A stretch of 64,000 bases of DNA from a virus. Below are positions 50,136-58,677 of the stretch, one piece after another; position 1 is the stretch's first letter; each line of letters begins with the position of its first letter. Position numbers and translations under genes: made by a program. The notes beneath the pieces are model-generated. The model was not told where the DNA came from. It made no database searches and worked only from the letters and a program-made list of their open reading frames with translations. The stretch covers positions 28,626-92,625 of the IMG/VR virus record IMGVR_UViG_3300030098_004740; one strand, 5' to 3'.

Positions 50136-51151
50136 TAGAAATCGTCTTCAATATTTCCAACTGCGTATTCAGTGACACGAGTTTCAAAGAAGTTCTTGCA
50201 TTTCTCTAGGTCGATAATTTCACTTAACCAAGGAAATGGATTTTTGGTATCTTCATAGGGACTTGGTAGATTCAAGTCTTCTAGTCTACGGTTTGCTATA
50301 TACTGCACATAATCAATAAACATGTCAGAGTTCAGCCCTAAGATACCATTTGGAAGAACATCTCTCGCATAAGCAAGCTCAAGCTCCATGGCTTTATCTA
50401 TATGCTCTAGAGTTTCTTTTTCAAAAGCTTTAGTCCAAACCTTTGGGTTGTCTTCTCTTATTCTGTTTATGAGAGTAGTTCCAAATTTGATATGCAAACT
50501 TTCATCACGAAGCGTGTATTGAATTTGTTCTCCAACCCCCGGCAGCTTATTCTGTCTATTAAAGGAGAGCAGCATTGCAAAACCGGAAAAGAAAAAGATT
50601 CCTTCACATATGATGTAGTAGGTAATGATGTTTCTTAGAAACTCTCTCTTGCCTTCTAAAGTGTTGATATTAAAGTCTGGTCTATTAATATCCGTACATA
50701 TGTTCATTAGGAACTCATCCTTAGACTTGATGCTAGGTATTGAGTTATATGCTTGGTAGACTTCATCAATTTTGAGACCGAGAGAGTCGCAGCAATAAAC
50801 AACCGTCAAGTTGTGCAAACTTTCTTCGTAAGCCTGTCTAAGTATATATTGGCGACATTCAGGATCAGTTACATACTTAAAGATGCTAAGTAGTAGGTTG
50901 TTTGCTACTAGAGATTCTGAGCCAGCAAAGAATCCTAAAGATCTTTTTACCACTAACTTCTCGTCATTAGTTAGTAAATCAGAACGCCACTGTTCAATAT
51001 CTTTAGCCATTGAAATTTCAGTAGGCATCCAGTTATTAGCCGCACCGTCAATGAATAAATCCCATGCCCATTTATTTGTGTGAGGAAGGATTTGATTAAC
51101 TACTGCAACTTTGTCCGAAATAATTTCTTTAGTCTTTTTCATTACTGGCAA
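50135..51151 (-). CDS. nrdB: Ribonucleotide reductase small subunit with class Ic (R2c) signature
   Basis: NNWMP, FFAGSESLV, EESLHNLTV, EGIFF, RDESLH, NFFETRVTEY. Confidence 0.93.
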   Translation of the reverse strand: MPVMKKTKEIISDKVAVVNQILPHTNKWAWDLFIDGAANNWMPTEISMAKDIEQWRSDLLTNDEKLVVKRSLGFFAGSESLVANNLLLSIFKYVTDPECRQYILRQAYEESLHNLTVVYCCDSLGLKIDEVYQAYNSIPSIKSKDEFLMNICTDINRPDFNINTLEGKREFLRNIITYYIICEGIFFFSGFAMLLSFNRQNKLPGVGEQIQYTLRDESLHIKFGTTLINRIREDNPKVWTKAFEKETLEHIDKAMELELAYARDVLPNGILGLNSDMFIDYVQYIANRRLEDLNLPSPYEDTKNPFPWLSEIIDLEKCKNFFETRVTEYAVGNIEDDF

Positions 51152-53598
51152 CTTTCACAATCTGGATCATCTAGTGAGCAAGCTTTAACTTGACTTAAGT
51201 CTTCTTCAGGAACTTCTTCTTTTACTGTCTGAACTGTAGACTTCTCAAGTCTTGTTGCAGCTTTGCTTCTTAAGTAATACGTTGTTTTTAAACCCTGCTC
51301 CCAAGCGTGCATGTACATATCGTTGAGATACTTGAGGCTAGTGCCTTTATTGTACAGGTTAAGAGATTCGCCCATGTCGATCCACTTTTGTCTTTCAGCC
51401 GCTGCATCAAGCAAAATGGTTGGTTCAATATCAAATGCAGTCTTGAATTCTCTTTGCAGTTCTTCGTCTAAATTTATTGACATAACATCACCATCAGCCG
51501 CCTTAAGAGCTTCTACTAAATCTTTTCCCCATATACCCTTCTTCTTTGCAGCCTCTACAAAATGTTCGTTAATCATTGTAAACTCGCCGCTTAAAGTTGA
51601 GTATACAAAAAGGGTTGAATAGTCAGGCTCAATAGATTGAGAGCATCCCTGTATATAAGAAATTGTTGCAGTAGGAGCGATAGCCATGACATTTGAATTT
51701 CTCATTCCATATTCAGCTATATGCTCTCTAACTTTGCTCCAGTCCATTGTTTCAAAGTCAGAAGGTTTGTAATGATTATCTTTACCATTCTTTAAGTGTT
51801 CTGGATGTCTTTCATTCATCAATCGACAGTAAGTGTCGATAGGCAAGTTGCCATAGCTCCACTCAGAACCCTCGTAAGATTCGTAGTGTCCTCGTTCCTT
51901 CGCTAATTTAGAAGAGGTGAGAATAGCATGATAAGAGATGAATTCTTGTATTTTGCCACACAGAATAACAGCATCTTGAGAATTGTAAACAACCCCTAGC
52001 TTATGCAATAAGCCATGAGTACCCATAATACCTAGACCAACAGGACGGTTTCTGAGGTTAGACTTAGCCGCTTCTTTAGTTGGGTAAAAGTTAAGGTCGA
52101 TGACATTATCCAAGCCTCTGATAGCTACCTCTACTGTTTTCTGTAGCTTCTTCCAGTCAATGGTGCGAACCTTAATGTGATTCTCAAGATTGATAGAGGC
52201 AAGGTTGCAGACAGCAGTCTCTCCTACCTCAACGACTTCACCATCTTCATAAGTTGTTGGTTTAGTGTGAAGAAGTATTTCCGTACACAAATTAGAAGAA
52301 TGGACCACGCCTTCATGTTTATTGCTATAACGAATATTAGAAGGGTCTTTGAAAGTAATCCATGGATGTCCTGTCTCGTATAAAGACTTGAGCATCTTCT
52401 TCCACAAATCTTTGGCGTTTATAACACGGAAGTTTTTAATACCTCCCTCTTTTGCCATCTTTTTGTACTTGTTATAAACTCTCGTAAACTTTTTACCGTA
52501 TGTTTCATGCAGGTCAGGGCATTCAGAAGGATCAAACAAATACCAATCTCTGCCCTTCTGAGCTGCCAACATGAACTCATCACAAATCCATAAGGCGGTA
52601 TTCATGTCATGACAACGACGACGATCATCACCTGTGTTTTTTCTTAGGTCTAAAAAGTCTTCAACATCAAGATGCCATGCTTCTAAATAAGCACAGCCAG
52701 CACCCTTGCGCTTGCCGCCCTGATTCACGCCTACAAGCGTATCATTGAATATCTTTAACCAAGGAATTAATCCAGAAGACTGGCCATTTGTACCTTTGAT
52801 ATAAGAACCAGTAGAACGAACAGAACTCCAGTCTACCCCAAGACCTCCAGCATATTTTGATAGTCTGGCCTGACCATGAATCGTACCAAAGATACCATCA
52901 ATAGAGTCATCGACTGTACTTAGATAACAAGAAGATAATTGTGAGTGACAAGTTCCGCTATTAAAAAGAGTCGGAGTAGATGGTGAATATCTAAACTCAG
53001 ACATCATATTGTAAATTTCTATAGCTTTTTCTTCTTTGTTCTCTTCGTTCAAGCAAAGACCCATTGCGACACGCATATAGAAAGCTTGAGGAGTCTCCAT
53101 CCTACGGCCTTCTTTATGAATGAAATAACGATCATATAAGGTCTGGATACCAAGATACTTAAAATTCTTGTCTCTCTCTAAGATCAGATTTTTACTAAGC
53201 AAATCGAGATCATAAGAAAGAATCTCTTCACTTAATCTATCTTCTTTTACAAGCGTCTTTATATTTTTTATAAAAGATGACCTATACTCTTCTTCAAAGT
53301 CACCGTTTACGCTTTTGCCAAAAACTTCTTTGTAAAGACTAGACAGCAATAGGTTTGTTGCAACGTAAGTATAATTTGGCTCTTGTTCTATTTTAGATCG
53401 AGCAGACATGATTAAAGCAGTGTCTATTTCAGATGTAGTTATCTTATTGTATAACTGTAAACTTGCATCTAATACTACTTCACTAACATTGACATCTGAT
53501 AATCCTTCACAGGCTCTCTCAACACACTTGTTGATTTTATCAAGGTTAATTTGTTCCAGTCTTCCATTACGTTTCTTAACTTTGATGTCTGAAGTCAT
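51142..53598 (-). CDS. nrdA: Class I ribonucleotide reductase large subunit with ATP cone
   Basis: VKKRNG ATP cone, TPTLFN, SSCY, SNLCTE, CNLAS, APTATIS, TTYY, C-terminal C...CESCQ. Confidence 0.96.
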   Translation of the reverse strand: MTSDIKVKKRNGRLEQINLDKINKCVERACEGLSDVNVSEVVLDASLQLYNKITTSEIDTALIMSARSKIEQEPNYTYVATNLLLSSLYKEVFGKSVNGDFEEEYRSSFIKNIKTLVKEDRLSEEILSYDLDLLSKNLILERDKNFKYLGIQTLYDRYFIHKEGRRMETPQAFYMRVAMGLCLNEENKEEKAIEIYNMMSEFRYSPSTPTLFNSGTCHSQLSSCYLSTVDDSIDGIFGTIHGQARLSKYAGGLGVDWSSVRSTGSYIKGTNGQSSGLIPWLKIFNDTLVGVNQGGKRKGAGCAYLEAWHLDVEDFLDLRKNTGDDRRRCHDMNTALWICDEFMLAAQKGRDWYLFDPSECPDLHETYGKKFTRVYNKYKKMAKEGGIKNFRVINAKDLWKKMLKSLYETGHPWITFKDPSNIRYSNKHEGVVHSSNLCTEILLHTKPTTYEDGEVVEVGETAVCNLASINLENHIKVRTIDWKKLQKTVEVAIRGLDNVIDLNFYPTKEAAKSNLRNRPVGLGIMGTHGLLHKLGVVYNSQDAVILCGKIQEFISYHAILTSSKLAKERGHYESYEGSEWSYGNLPIDTYCRLMNERHPEHLKNGKDNHYKPSDFETMDWSKVREHIAEYGMRNSNVMAIAPTATISYIQGCSQSIEPDYSTLFVYSTLSGEFTMINEHFVEAAKKKGIWGKDLVEALKAADGDVMSINLDEELQREFKTAFDIEPTILLDAAAERQKWIDMGESLNLYNKGTSLKYLNDMYMHAWEQGLKTTYYLRSKAATRLEKSTVQTVKEEVPEEDLSQVKACSLDDPDCESCQ

Positions 53599-53623
53599 TT
53601 GTGATCCGAGAGATTTTTATATT

Positions 53624-53646
53624 AAAAAAAGTCCACTGAATGGACT
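53624..53646 (-). terminator. Short intrinsic terminator 25 nt upstream of nrdA
   Basis: - strand reads AGTCCA-ttcag-TGGACT followed by a T run. Confidence 0.6.
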
Positions 53647-53650
53647 GCTG

Positions 53651-53795
53651 AAAAAAAATAGAGCGACACCTGTTATACTAAGTGATTTGTTAGAGTAAAA
53701 GTAAACACGATAAAACTACTCACTTAGTGCAACATAGGCTTGTTGAGTATGTGTCGCTCTAGCTCTCTTTTGCAAGAAGCTCTTTATAACCCAAC
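53651..53795 (-). ncRNA. Candidate structured RNA (sRNA or nrdA leader)
   Basis: GCAA-tetraloop hairpin, 11-bp outer stem TAGAGCGACAC/GTGTCGCTCTA, ~15-bp inner stem TGTTGCACTAAGTGA/TCACTTAGTATAACA, then a T8 tract. Confidence 0.5.
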
Positions 53796-53799
53796 AAGT

Positions 53800-53809
53800 T
53801 ATTATACAC
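53800..53809 (-). promoter_or_regulatory. Putative promoter GTGTATAATA (copy 3)
   Basis: Shares its 10-bp core with copies 1 and 2; intergenic. Confidence 0.55.
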
Positions 53810-53868
53810 TTAGCGAGCCAATGCCTACTTTTCTTTTATCCAGACCTATAAGATTGTTTGAGTAAGAC

Positions 53869-53979
53869 CTACTTGGGGTAAGCCGCATCTTTGGAATTAT
53901 ACTTCCTCAGACGCAATCGACGACTTTCTTTTAGGCGTTTTTTATCTTTTTTGCTTTTATTTCTTACTGTTTTTCCCAT
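53869..53979 (-). CDS. 36-aa highly basic peptide (not in the ORF track)
   Basis: My translation: MGKTVRNKSKKDKKRLKESRRLRLRKYNSKDAAYPK*; overlaps the end of the upstream gene. Confidence 0.4.
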   Translation of the reverse strand: MGKTVRNKSKKDKKRLKESRRLRLRKYNSKDAAYPK

Positions 53980-54139
53980 CTCTGTACTCTGGATGAACCC
54001 AAGTAATGGAATTATTGTAAGAATAAGCAATCATCTTACGAAAATTGTCACTCTTAGGCAATAGCCAAGCAGTTTGGTTTTCTGAAATTTTTAGTTTTTC
54101 CACCTTGTTTTTTTTGGCAAGGTTTAGGTTAATCTTCAT
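53957..54139 (-). CDS. Small hypothetical protein
   Basis: TAATG coupling with the upstream gene. Confidence 0.55.
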   Translation of the reverse strand: MKINLNLAKKNKVEKLKISENQTAWLLPKSDNFRKMIAYSYNNSITWVHPEYRDGKNSKK

Positions 54140-55065
54140 TATTCGATTATCTCCAATCCGTGAATAGCGTGTCTCATATCTTTTTCTAATTTTATTTCTG
54201 TCTCGAAAGTTTTGGTTTCAATGTCAAAAACTAAAATTCTTGCAGGTGACGATCCGATGAATAATTTTCCCCCACCCATAGCCAAGCCTCGGTTCCAGTT
54301 GTTTGAAGCTATCTCATCTACTTGATACTTAACATCAGATGCTCTTGGTATACCAAAGTATTCAAAGTTCTTTCCATCGTAAGAAAGCCCCAGAGAGCTA
54401 AATGTAGTAAAGTTTATAGTGAAGAAATCATCATACCCATAGAAGTTGTGGACAAACCCATTTGCTAGTTGTCCAGAAGTTGTTTGAACCATTGGTATCT
54501 GACAGACTTCTTCAAAGGTGTTGAAGTCATATAAAGGAGTCAGTAACCCAGAGAATAAAAGCCTATCTTTTGTAGCGAAAATGGAATTGATATGATAAGA
54601 ATCATTTTGAGATTTTGTTTCTGGATTTATCTCCGTCTTTCCGGTGAGAACTTTATGATTGTCTACATTCTCTCCCAAGATTTCCCAAAAGCCTTTTATA
54701 TTAAAGTCAAGGTCTAGTTTAACTATGGCGTCGTAGGCTGTAGAGGTTGCCCAAATATGGCCATCAAAAAAAGCTATTTCATGTATACTCTTAAAGTATT
54801 CTCTATCCTGAAACGTTCTTTTTATTTCATAAGTGTTTTTATCTAGTTCAATAAAGCCAGCAGAATCAGCCACGAGAATGCGATCAGGAAGAACGCAAAT
54901 GCCACGAAGACCTCTTTCTCCTCCACGCTCATTATCATTGACAAAATCTCTTTCATAAGGCGCATGATGTAGTATGTCTCCATTTTCTGTGTCTATAACA
55001 TACAAGCCACCATGTATATCGCCCTGCTTAGCCGCTCTGACGACTGTAGTGCAAATAATCTTCAC
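54139..55065 (-). CDS. Beta-propeller protein
   Basis: Repeated blades with His/Arg motifs: LRGI, IHEI, HINSI, VHNF, WNRGLA, IHGL. Confidence 0.65.
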   Translation of the reverse strand: MKIICTTVVRAAKQGDIHGGLYVIDTENGDILHHAPYERDFVNDNERGGERGLRGICVLPDRILVADSAGFIELDKNTYEIKRTFQDREYFKSIHEIAFFDGHIWATSTAYDAIVKLDLDFNIKGFWEILGENVDNHKVLTGKTEINPETKSQNDSYHINSIFATKDRLLFSGLLTPLYDFNTFEEVCQIPMVQTTSGQLANGFVHNFYGYDDFFTINFTTFSSLGLSYDGKNFEYFGIPRASDVKYQVDEIASNNWNRGLAMGGGKLFIGSSPARILVFDIETKTFETEIKLEKDMRHAIHGLEIIE

Positions 55066-55921
55066 GATGAAACCTTGTTATAAATTGTTGGAATGGTTTA
55101 GATGTACCATTGAACTTAAAAAAGTCATAGTCTATTTTGTAGTCTTGTAGGTATCTTTCATTTATACCAAAATCGCCTGTTCCATAATCAAATGGTTTAG
55201 GGTCTGAAATTTTTTCAGCTATATTAGTTATTAATACGTTGTACTCTAAGCAAGCCATATAAGGAGGTATCAGAGAGCCAAATGCTCCAACATACAAATT
55301 GTCTTGCAGTTTCTTCTCAAAGCTTTCAAAAGAATTAATTTCTGTTTGCTCAAGTACAAACTTAGCTAATTTAGTTGTATGGATATGTCCATGAGAAGAA
55401 AAAGGTATTGCAAAGTTTGTAAACGGCTTTAAGTCAGAAGCGTTCCAGAACAAAAACTTATCAAATAGAAACTCTCCAGTTCTAGGCTTATCAATAAAAT
55501 AATCCTTTGCAGAATAAGGATTCTGAATAATAGTATTGTTCCCAAGCCTAAGTGACAGGGCTGTAACAGGCTTCTCTCTAAATAGGTTAATTATCTCCCT
55601 GTAAGAAGGAGGGTTTGAGAAGAGTATGTCTTCATCAGACAAGAAGCATGTTAAATCTCTATCTTCGTTCAATATATTCAGGATGTCTAAGCTTATATTT
55701 TCTTCAGTTCTTTCGTGCCATCTGACTGGAAAATTGACATCTCTTTTTGTGTGATAAAATGTTTCCTCTTTTAATTTTTCATAACCTTGATTAAATACAC
55801 CGTTTGATGCTTCATATATAACTTTTATGTCAAAAAGATTCGATGTGTTTCTTCTTATAGATTTGAGAAGAAGTTCTAATTGGCAAGCCTTGTCTTTTGA
55901 AAATATGATTGCATTTATCAT
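55028..55921 (-). CDS. GT-A-like glycosyltransferase
   Basis: IIFSKDKACQLELLLKS, FLSDEDI, SLRLG. Confidence 0.6.
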   Translation of the reverse strand: MINAIIFSKDKACQLELLLKSIRRNTSNLFDIKVIYEASNGVFNQGYEKLKEETFYHTKRDVNFPVRWHERTEENISLDILNILNEDRDLTCFLSDEDILFSNPPSYREIINLFREKPVTALSLRLGNNTIIQNPYSAKDYFIDKPRTGEFLFDKFLFWNASDLKPFTNFAIPFSSHGHIHTTKLAKFVLEQTEINSFESFEKKLQDNLYVGAFGSLIPPYMACLEYNVLITNIAEKISDPKPFDYGTGDFGINERYLQDYKIDYDFFKFNGTSKPFQQFITRFHREDYLHYSRQSG

Positions 55922-56892
55922 AGTATGGAAAGAGTATCTTCTGGAATATAGTCTGAATTTAGTTGCGCTGCTTTATACCATTGAGCCATAGAATTGAGAC
56001 CGCGATCTAAATCAACTCTTGGAGTCCAGCCAAGTTCTTCTTTTATTAGAGATGAGTCTAAACAAGATTTTTTTAGAACATCAATTTCGGATTCTTGCCA
56101 TTCTATTGGAACTTTTATATTAAAAGCCTCTTTGACTTTAAGATGTAAATTTTTTATAGTTATTTCATTTCCGTCCGACACGTTATAGGTGTTTGGTTTG
56201 TCTGCAAACATGATTGCATGATATATAGAACTCAAAGCATCAGATAGGTACAGAAAGTCTCTAGAACACTCGCTGTCACCTTCTACTTTTAATGGGTAGT
56301 CATATTTTTCAGATGCTTTTAGATTGGTTATTACTGACTCAATAACTTTGCCTCTTTTAATATTAAAGCCTGATCCGGGACCATATACTTCTGGGAATAT
56401 AAGGTTGACCCCTACAAACTCTGGAAATTGTGTGCTAAAAGCCATATTCATTTCCATTAGAGTCTTTGCAGTGTTACCATAATATCTCTTGGTCCAATGG
56501 GGAGCGCCTTCCCATAAGTCTTCCTCTTTATATGGAACTTTTGCAAACTCTGGATAACAAGAGGACTCCCAAGCTGTGATAAACTTTTTGCATCCAGAAA
56601 TTCTAGCTTCTTCCATGACTTTGGATGTAACTAATATATTTTCATACATTAAAGCTGCTGGATATTCCATACAAAGCTCCTGAGTAGGAAGCCTTGTAGC
56701 TAAATGTATTACTATTTCAGGATCTGTAGAAAAAGCCCAGCCGAGAACAGAGTCCAAGCCCAAGTCTATACCGTCACTGTTCCCTGCTAATACCTGAACA
56801 TCTGTAAAACCTTGATCTGCAAGATATTGACCAAGAGCCAAACCTATCCAACCTTGACCGCCAGTTATCAAAACTGTAGAGTTTTTATTCAT
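55918..56892 (-). CDS. Second, more degenerate GDP-fucose-synthase-like SDR
   Basis: TGGQGWIG, HLA, YPA..MYEN, SSCYP, EEDLWEGAP, VYGP, RDFLY. Confidence 0.75.
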   Translation of the reverse strand: MNKNSTVLITGGQGWIGLALGQYLADQGFTDVQVLAGNSDGIDLGLDSVLGWAFSTDPEIVIHLATRLPTQELCMEYPAALMYENILVTSKVMEEARISGCKKFITAWESSCYPEFAKVPYKEEDLWEGAPHWTKRYYGNTAKTLMEMNMAFSTQFPEFVGVNLIFPEVYGPGSGFNIKRGKVIESVITNLKASEKYDYPLKVEGDSECSRDFLYLSDALSSIYHAIMFADKPNTYNVSDGNEITIKNLHLKVKEAFNIKVPIEWQESEIDVLKKSCLDSSLIKEELGWTPRVDLDRGLNSMAQWYKAAQLNSDYIPEDTLSIL

Positions 56893-57181
56893 TGAAATTT
56901 TCTAAAAATTCTATTACTTCTTCAGCATCCATATTGTTGGCACGTTTTTTAATGTTATGATCTTCATCCATTATGACAACGGTTGGATACTTTTCTATTT
57001 CAAACTCGTCTACTAAATGTCTATTTTGAGGTCTACTGCAAATGACATACGCAGGTTTTGAGTTATGAAATTGACTAACTGCTTGGCGAACCCTTTCATC
57101 AGTCCAAACATATTTTTTCATGTTTGCACAATGAGGACACCATTCAGCCATGAAAACTACTACTTGATGATTCTCTTTCAT
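56885..57181 (-). CDS. Thioredoxin-fold protein, WCPHC motif
   Basis: FMAEWCPHC; cis-Pro segment YPT. Confidence 0.85.
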   Translation of the reverse strand: MKENHQVVVFMAEWCPHCANMKKYVWTDERVRQAVSQFHNSKPAYVICSRPQNRHLVDEFEIEKYPTVVIMDEDHNIKKRANNMDAEEVIEFLENFNE

Positions 57182-57185
57182 TTTT

Positions 57186-57467
57186 TTAACCTAAAAAACT
57201 TAAAGTACCTCTTACATCCATAGTGCTAGCTGCTTTTTTAGGAATCCCTTCTTTGTCTACAATGTATATTGTAGGAACTGCCTGAACTCTATAGGCAATA
57301 GCCATTTCTCTATGTTCTGGATCATCTATATCTAGAAAAGTAACAGAATCGAAATCTTCCAAGCTTTGCTTTACACTAGGATCATTCCAAACCATAGACT
57401 TCATCATCCTACAAGGACCGCACCATTTAGCAGAAAAAATTAATAGATGTCTTTCTTCATTAGTCAT
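57186..57467 (-). CDS. trxA: Thioredoxin, WCGPC motif
   Basis: FSAKWCGPC; VPT. Confidence 0.88.
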   Translation of the reverse strand: MTNEERHLLIFSAKWCGPCRMMKSMVWNDPSVKQSLEDFDSVTFLDIDDPEHREMAIAYRVQAVPTIYIVDKEGIPKKAASTMDVRGTLSFLG

Positions 57468-57478
57468 ATTATAACCCC

Positions 57479-57523
57479 AAAAAAAATAGCAGCTCGCCTA
57501 TAGTATTATAGACGAACTGCTAA
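57479..57523 (-). terminator. Intrinsic terminator
   Basis: - strand AGCAGTTCGTCTATA...TATAGGCGAGCTGCT (with G-U pairs) followed by a T tract. Confidence 0.8.
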
Positions 57524-57539
57524 ATGTTTGCATACAGTT

Positions 57540-57725
57540 CTATGCAGATTCTGTTTCAGATGTAACCCGTAGAGAGTCACCAAGAATCCAAGCCACAGCT
57601 AATGCTACAATTCGGTTAGTTGTTTCTGGGTCTAATCCAAGTGTTTCCTGAGCGGCTACTACAACCACACCACCAATAGCAGTCCAGAAACGACGACTTT
57701 TGAATAAGGCTTTGACCTTTTCCAT
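57540..57725 (-). CDS. Small two-TM protein, holin-like
   Basis: KSRRFW followed by two hydrophobic segments; AAGGA RBS. Confidence 0.6.
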   Translation of the reverse strand: MEKVKALFKSRRFWTAIGGVVVVAAQETLGLDPETTNRIVALAVAWILGDSLRVTSETESA

Positions 57726-57749
57726 AGTTCTTTTCCTTAATATAAAAAA

Positions 57750-58037
57750 TTAAAAGAAGCCTTTAATCTTCTCTAAAATGCCTGCTCCGCCACCAAAGCT
57801 AAACCCGCCTTTGAAAATGACTAAGTAGGCTACTATCGCAGCTGCTATGATTAAAAACAGCCACTTCCTTTTGGCTGCAACAGCATAGATTTTTTCTTTT
57901 ACAGCATTGATTTTTTCAAGTCTGTAGTCTCTTTTACTTTCTTTCTTTTCTTCTCTATCGTCTTTTTTGTCAGACTTAATCTGATGTTTTTGACGACGCT
58001 TTTCTAAGATAGATTGTAGTCTATTATTATTTGCCAT
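57750..58037 (-). CDS. Basic protein with C-terminal TM helix
   Basis: Start at MANNN; Lys/Arg-rich, then KRKWLFLIIAAAIVAYLVIF. Confidence 0.65.
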   Translation of the reverse strand: MANNNRLQSILEKRRQKHQIKSDKKDDREEKKESKRDYRLEKINAVKEKIYAVAAKRKWLFLIIAAAIVAYLVIFKGGFSFGGGAGILEKIKGFF

Positions 58038-58038
58038 G

Positions 58039-58677
58039 TTACCACATTTTACAAGACCAATATCTTGCCTTCCATTTAGGGCCGGGGTTATCGCAATTAT
58101 GTCTTGCCCTAAAACTCTTGCGTCTTTCAGGATCACTCTTCTTAATTTTCATGTTGGGATCGCCAAAGTTGACTTTAACAACATTGCCTTTTTCATTCTT
58201 TACATAAACAGAACGTTTCTTTGGTCCATCTGGAGTTAGGAAAGGTTTATTAAGAGTAACCTTTCTTCCTTGATACTCAGCGGCTTCAGCTTTTTCTGCT
58301 ACACCTCTGTACACTAGCATTACTCCATCTTTTTTATAAGTGCCTCTTCTTGAATATATAAATATTTCTCCCGTTCTTGGGTTTTCATATTTATAGTCTG
58401 CTTCAGCTTGTTCTGCTGTTGTTTTTTCGCAAGAGCCGGGTTCTCCTTTTTTTGTATTGGGAACTCTTTGATAACCTTCCCAACAGGCTCCCGTCTTTGG
58501 ATCACTCATAGTAGGATCATTATTAGCTTTACTTGATCCAATTTTTCTGCAAGATCCGGGTTCACCTTTTTTAGTGTTAGGTACTCTTTCATACCCTTCC
58601 CAGCACGCACCAGTCTTGGCATCACTAGTGGTAGCGTCTTGTGCATATTGTTTTAAAGCGTCTATATATTTTTTCAT
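58039..58677 (-). CDS. DUF6321-like phage protein with duplicated CWEGY repeat
   Basis: AEYQGRKVTLNKP...VNFGDPNM...SFRARHNC...ARYWSC..W. Confidence 0.75.
   Translation of the reverse strand: MKKYIDALKQYAQDATTSDAKTGACWEGYERVPNTKKGEPGSCRKIGSSKANNDPTMSDPKTGACWEGYQRVPNTKKGEPGSCEKTTAEQAEADYKYENPRTGEIFIYSRRGTYKKDGVMLVYRGVAEKAEAAEYQGRKVTLNKPFLTPDGPKKRSVYVKNEKGNVVKVNFGDPNMKIKKSDPERRKSFRARHNCDNPGPKWKARYWSCKMW
58428..58623 (-). repeat. Intragenic direct repeat, 2 copies of KTGACWEGY.RVPNTKKGEPGSC, 120-nt period
   Basis: Near-identical peptides with many synonymous differences. Confidence 0.9.

Noticed and set aside
53651-53795. tRNA, cobalamin riboswitch or NrdR boxes
   Set aside because: No cloverleaf or T-loop, no B12 box and no convincing NrdR palindrome by eye.
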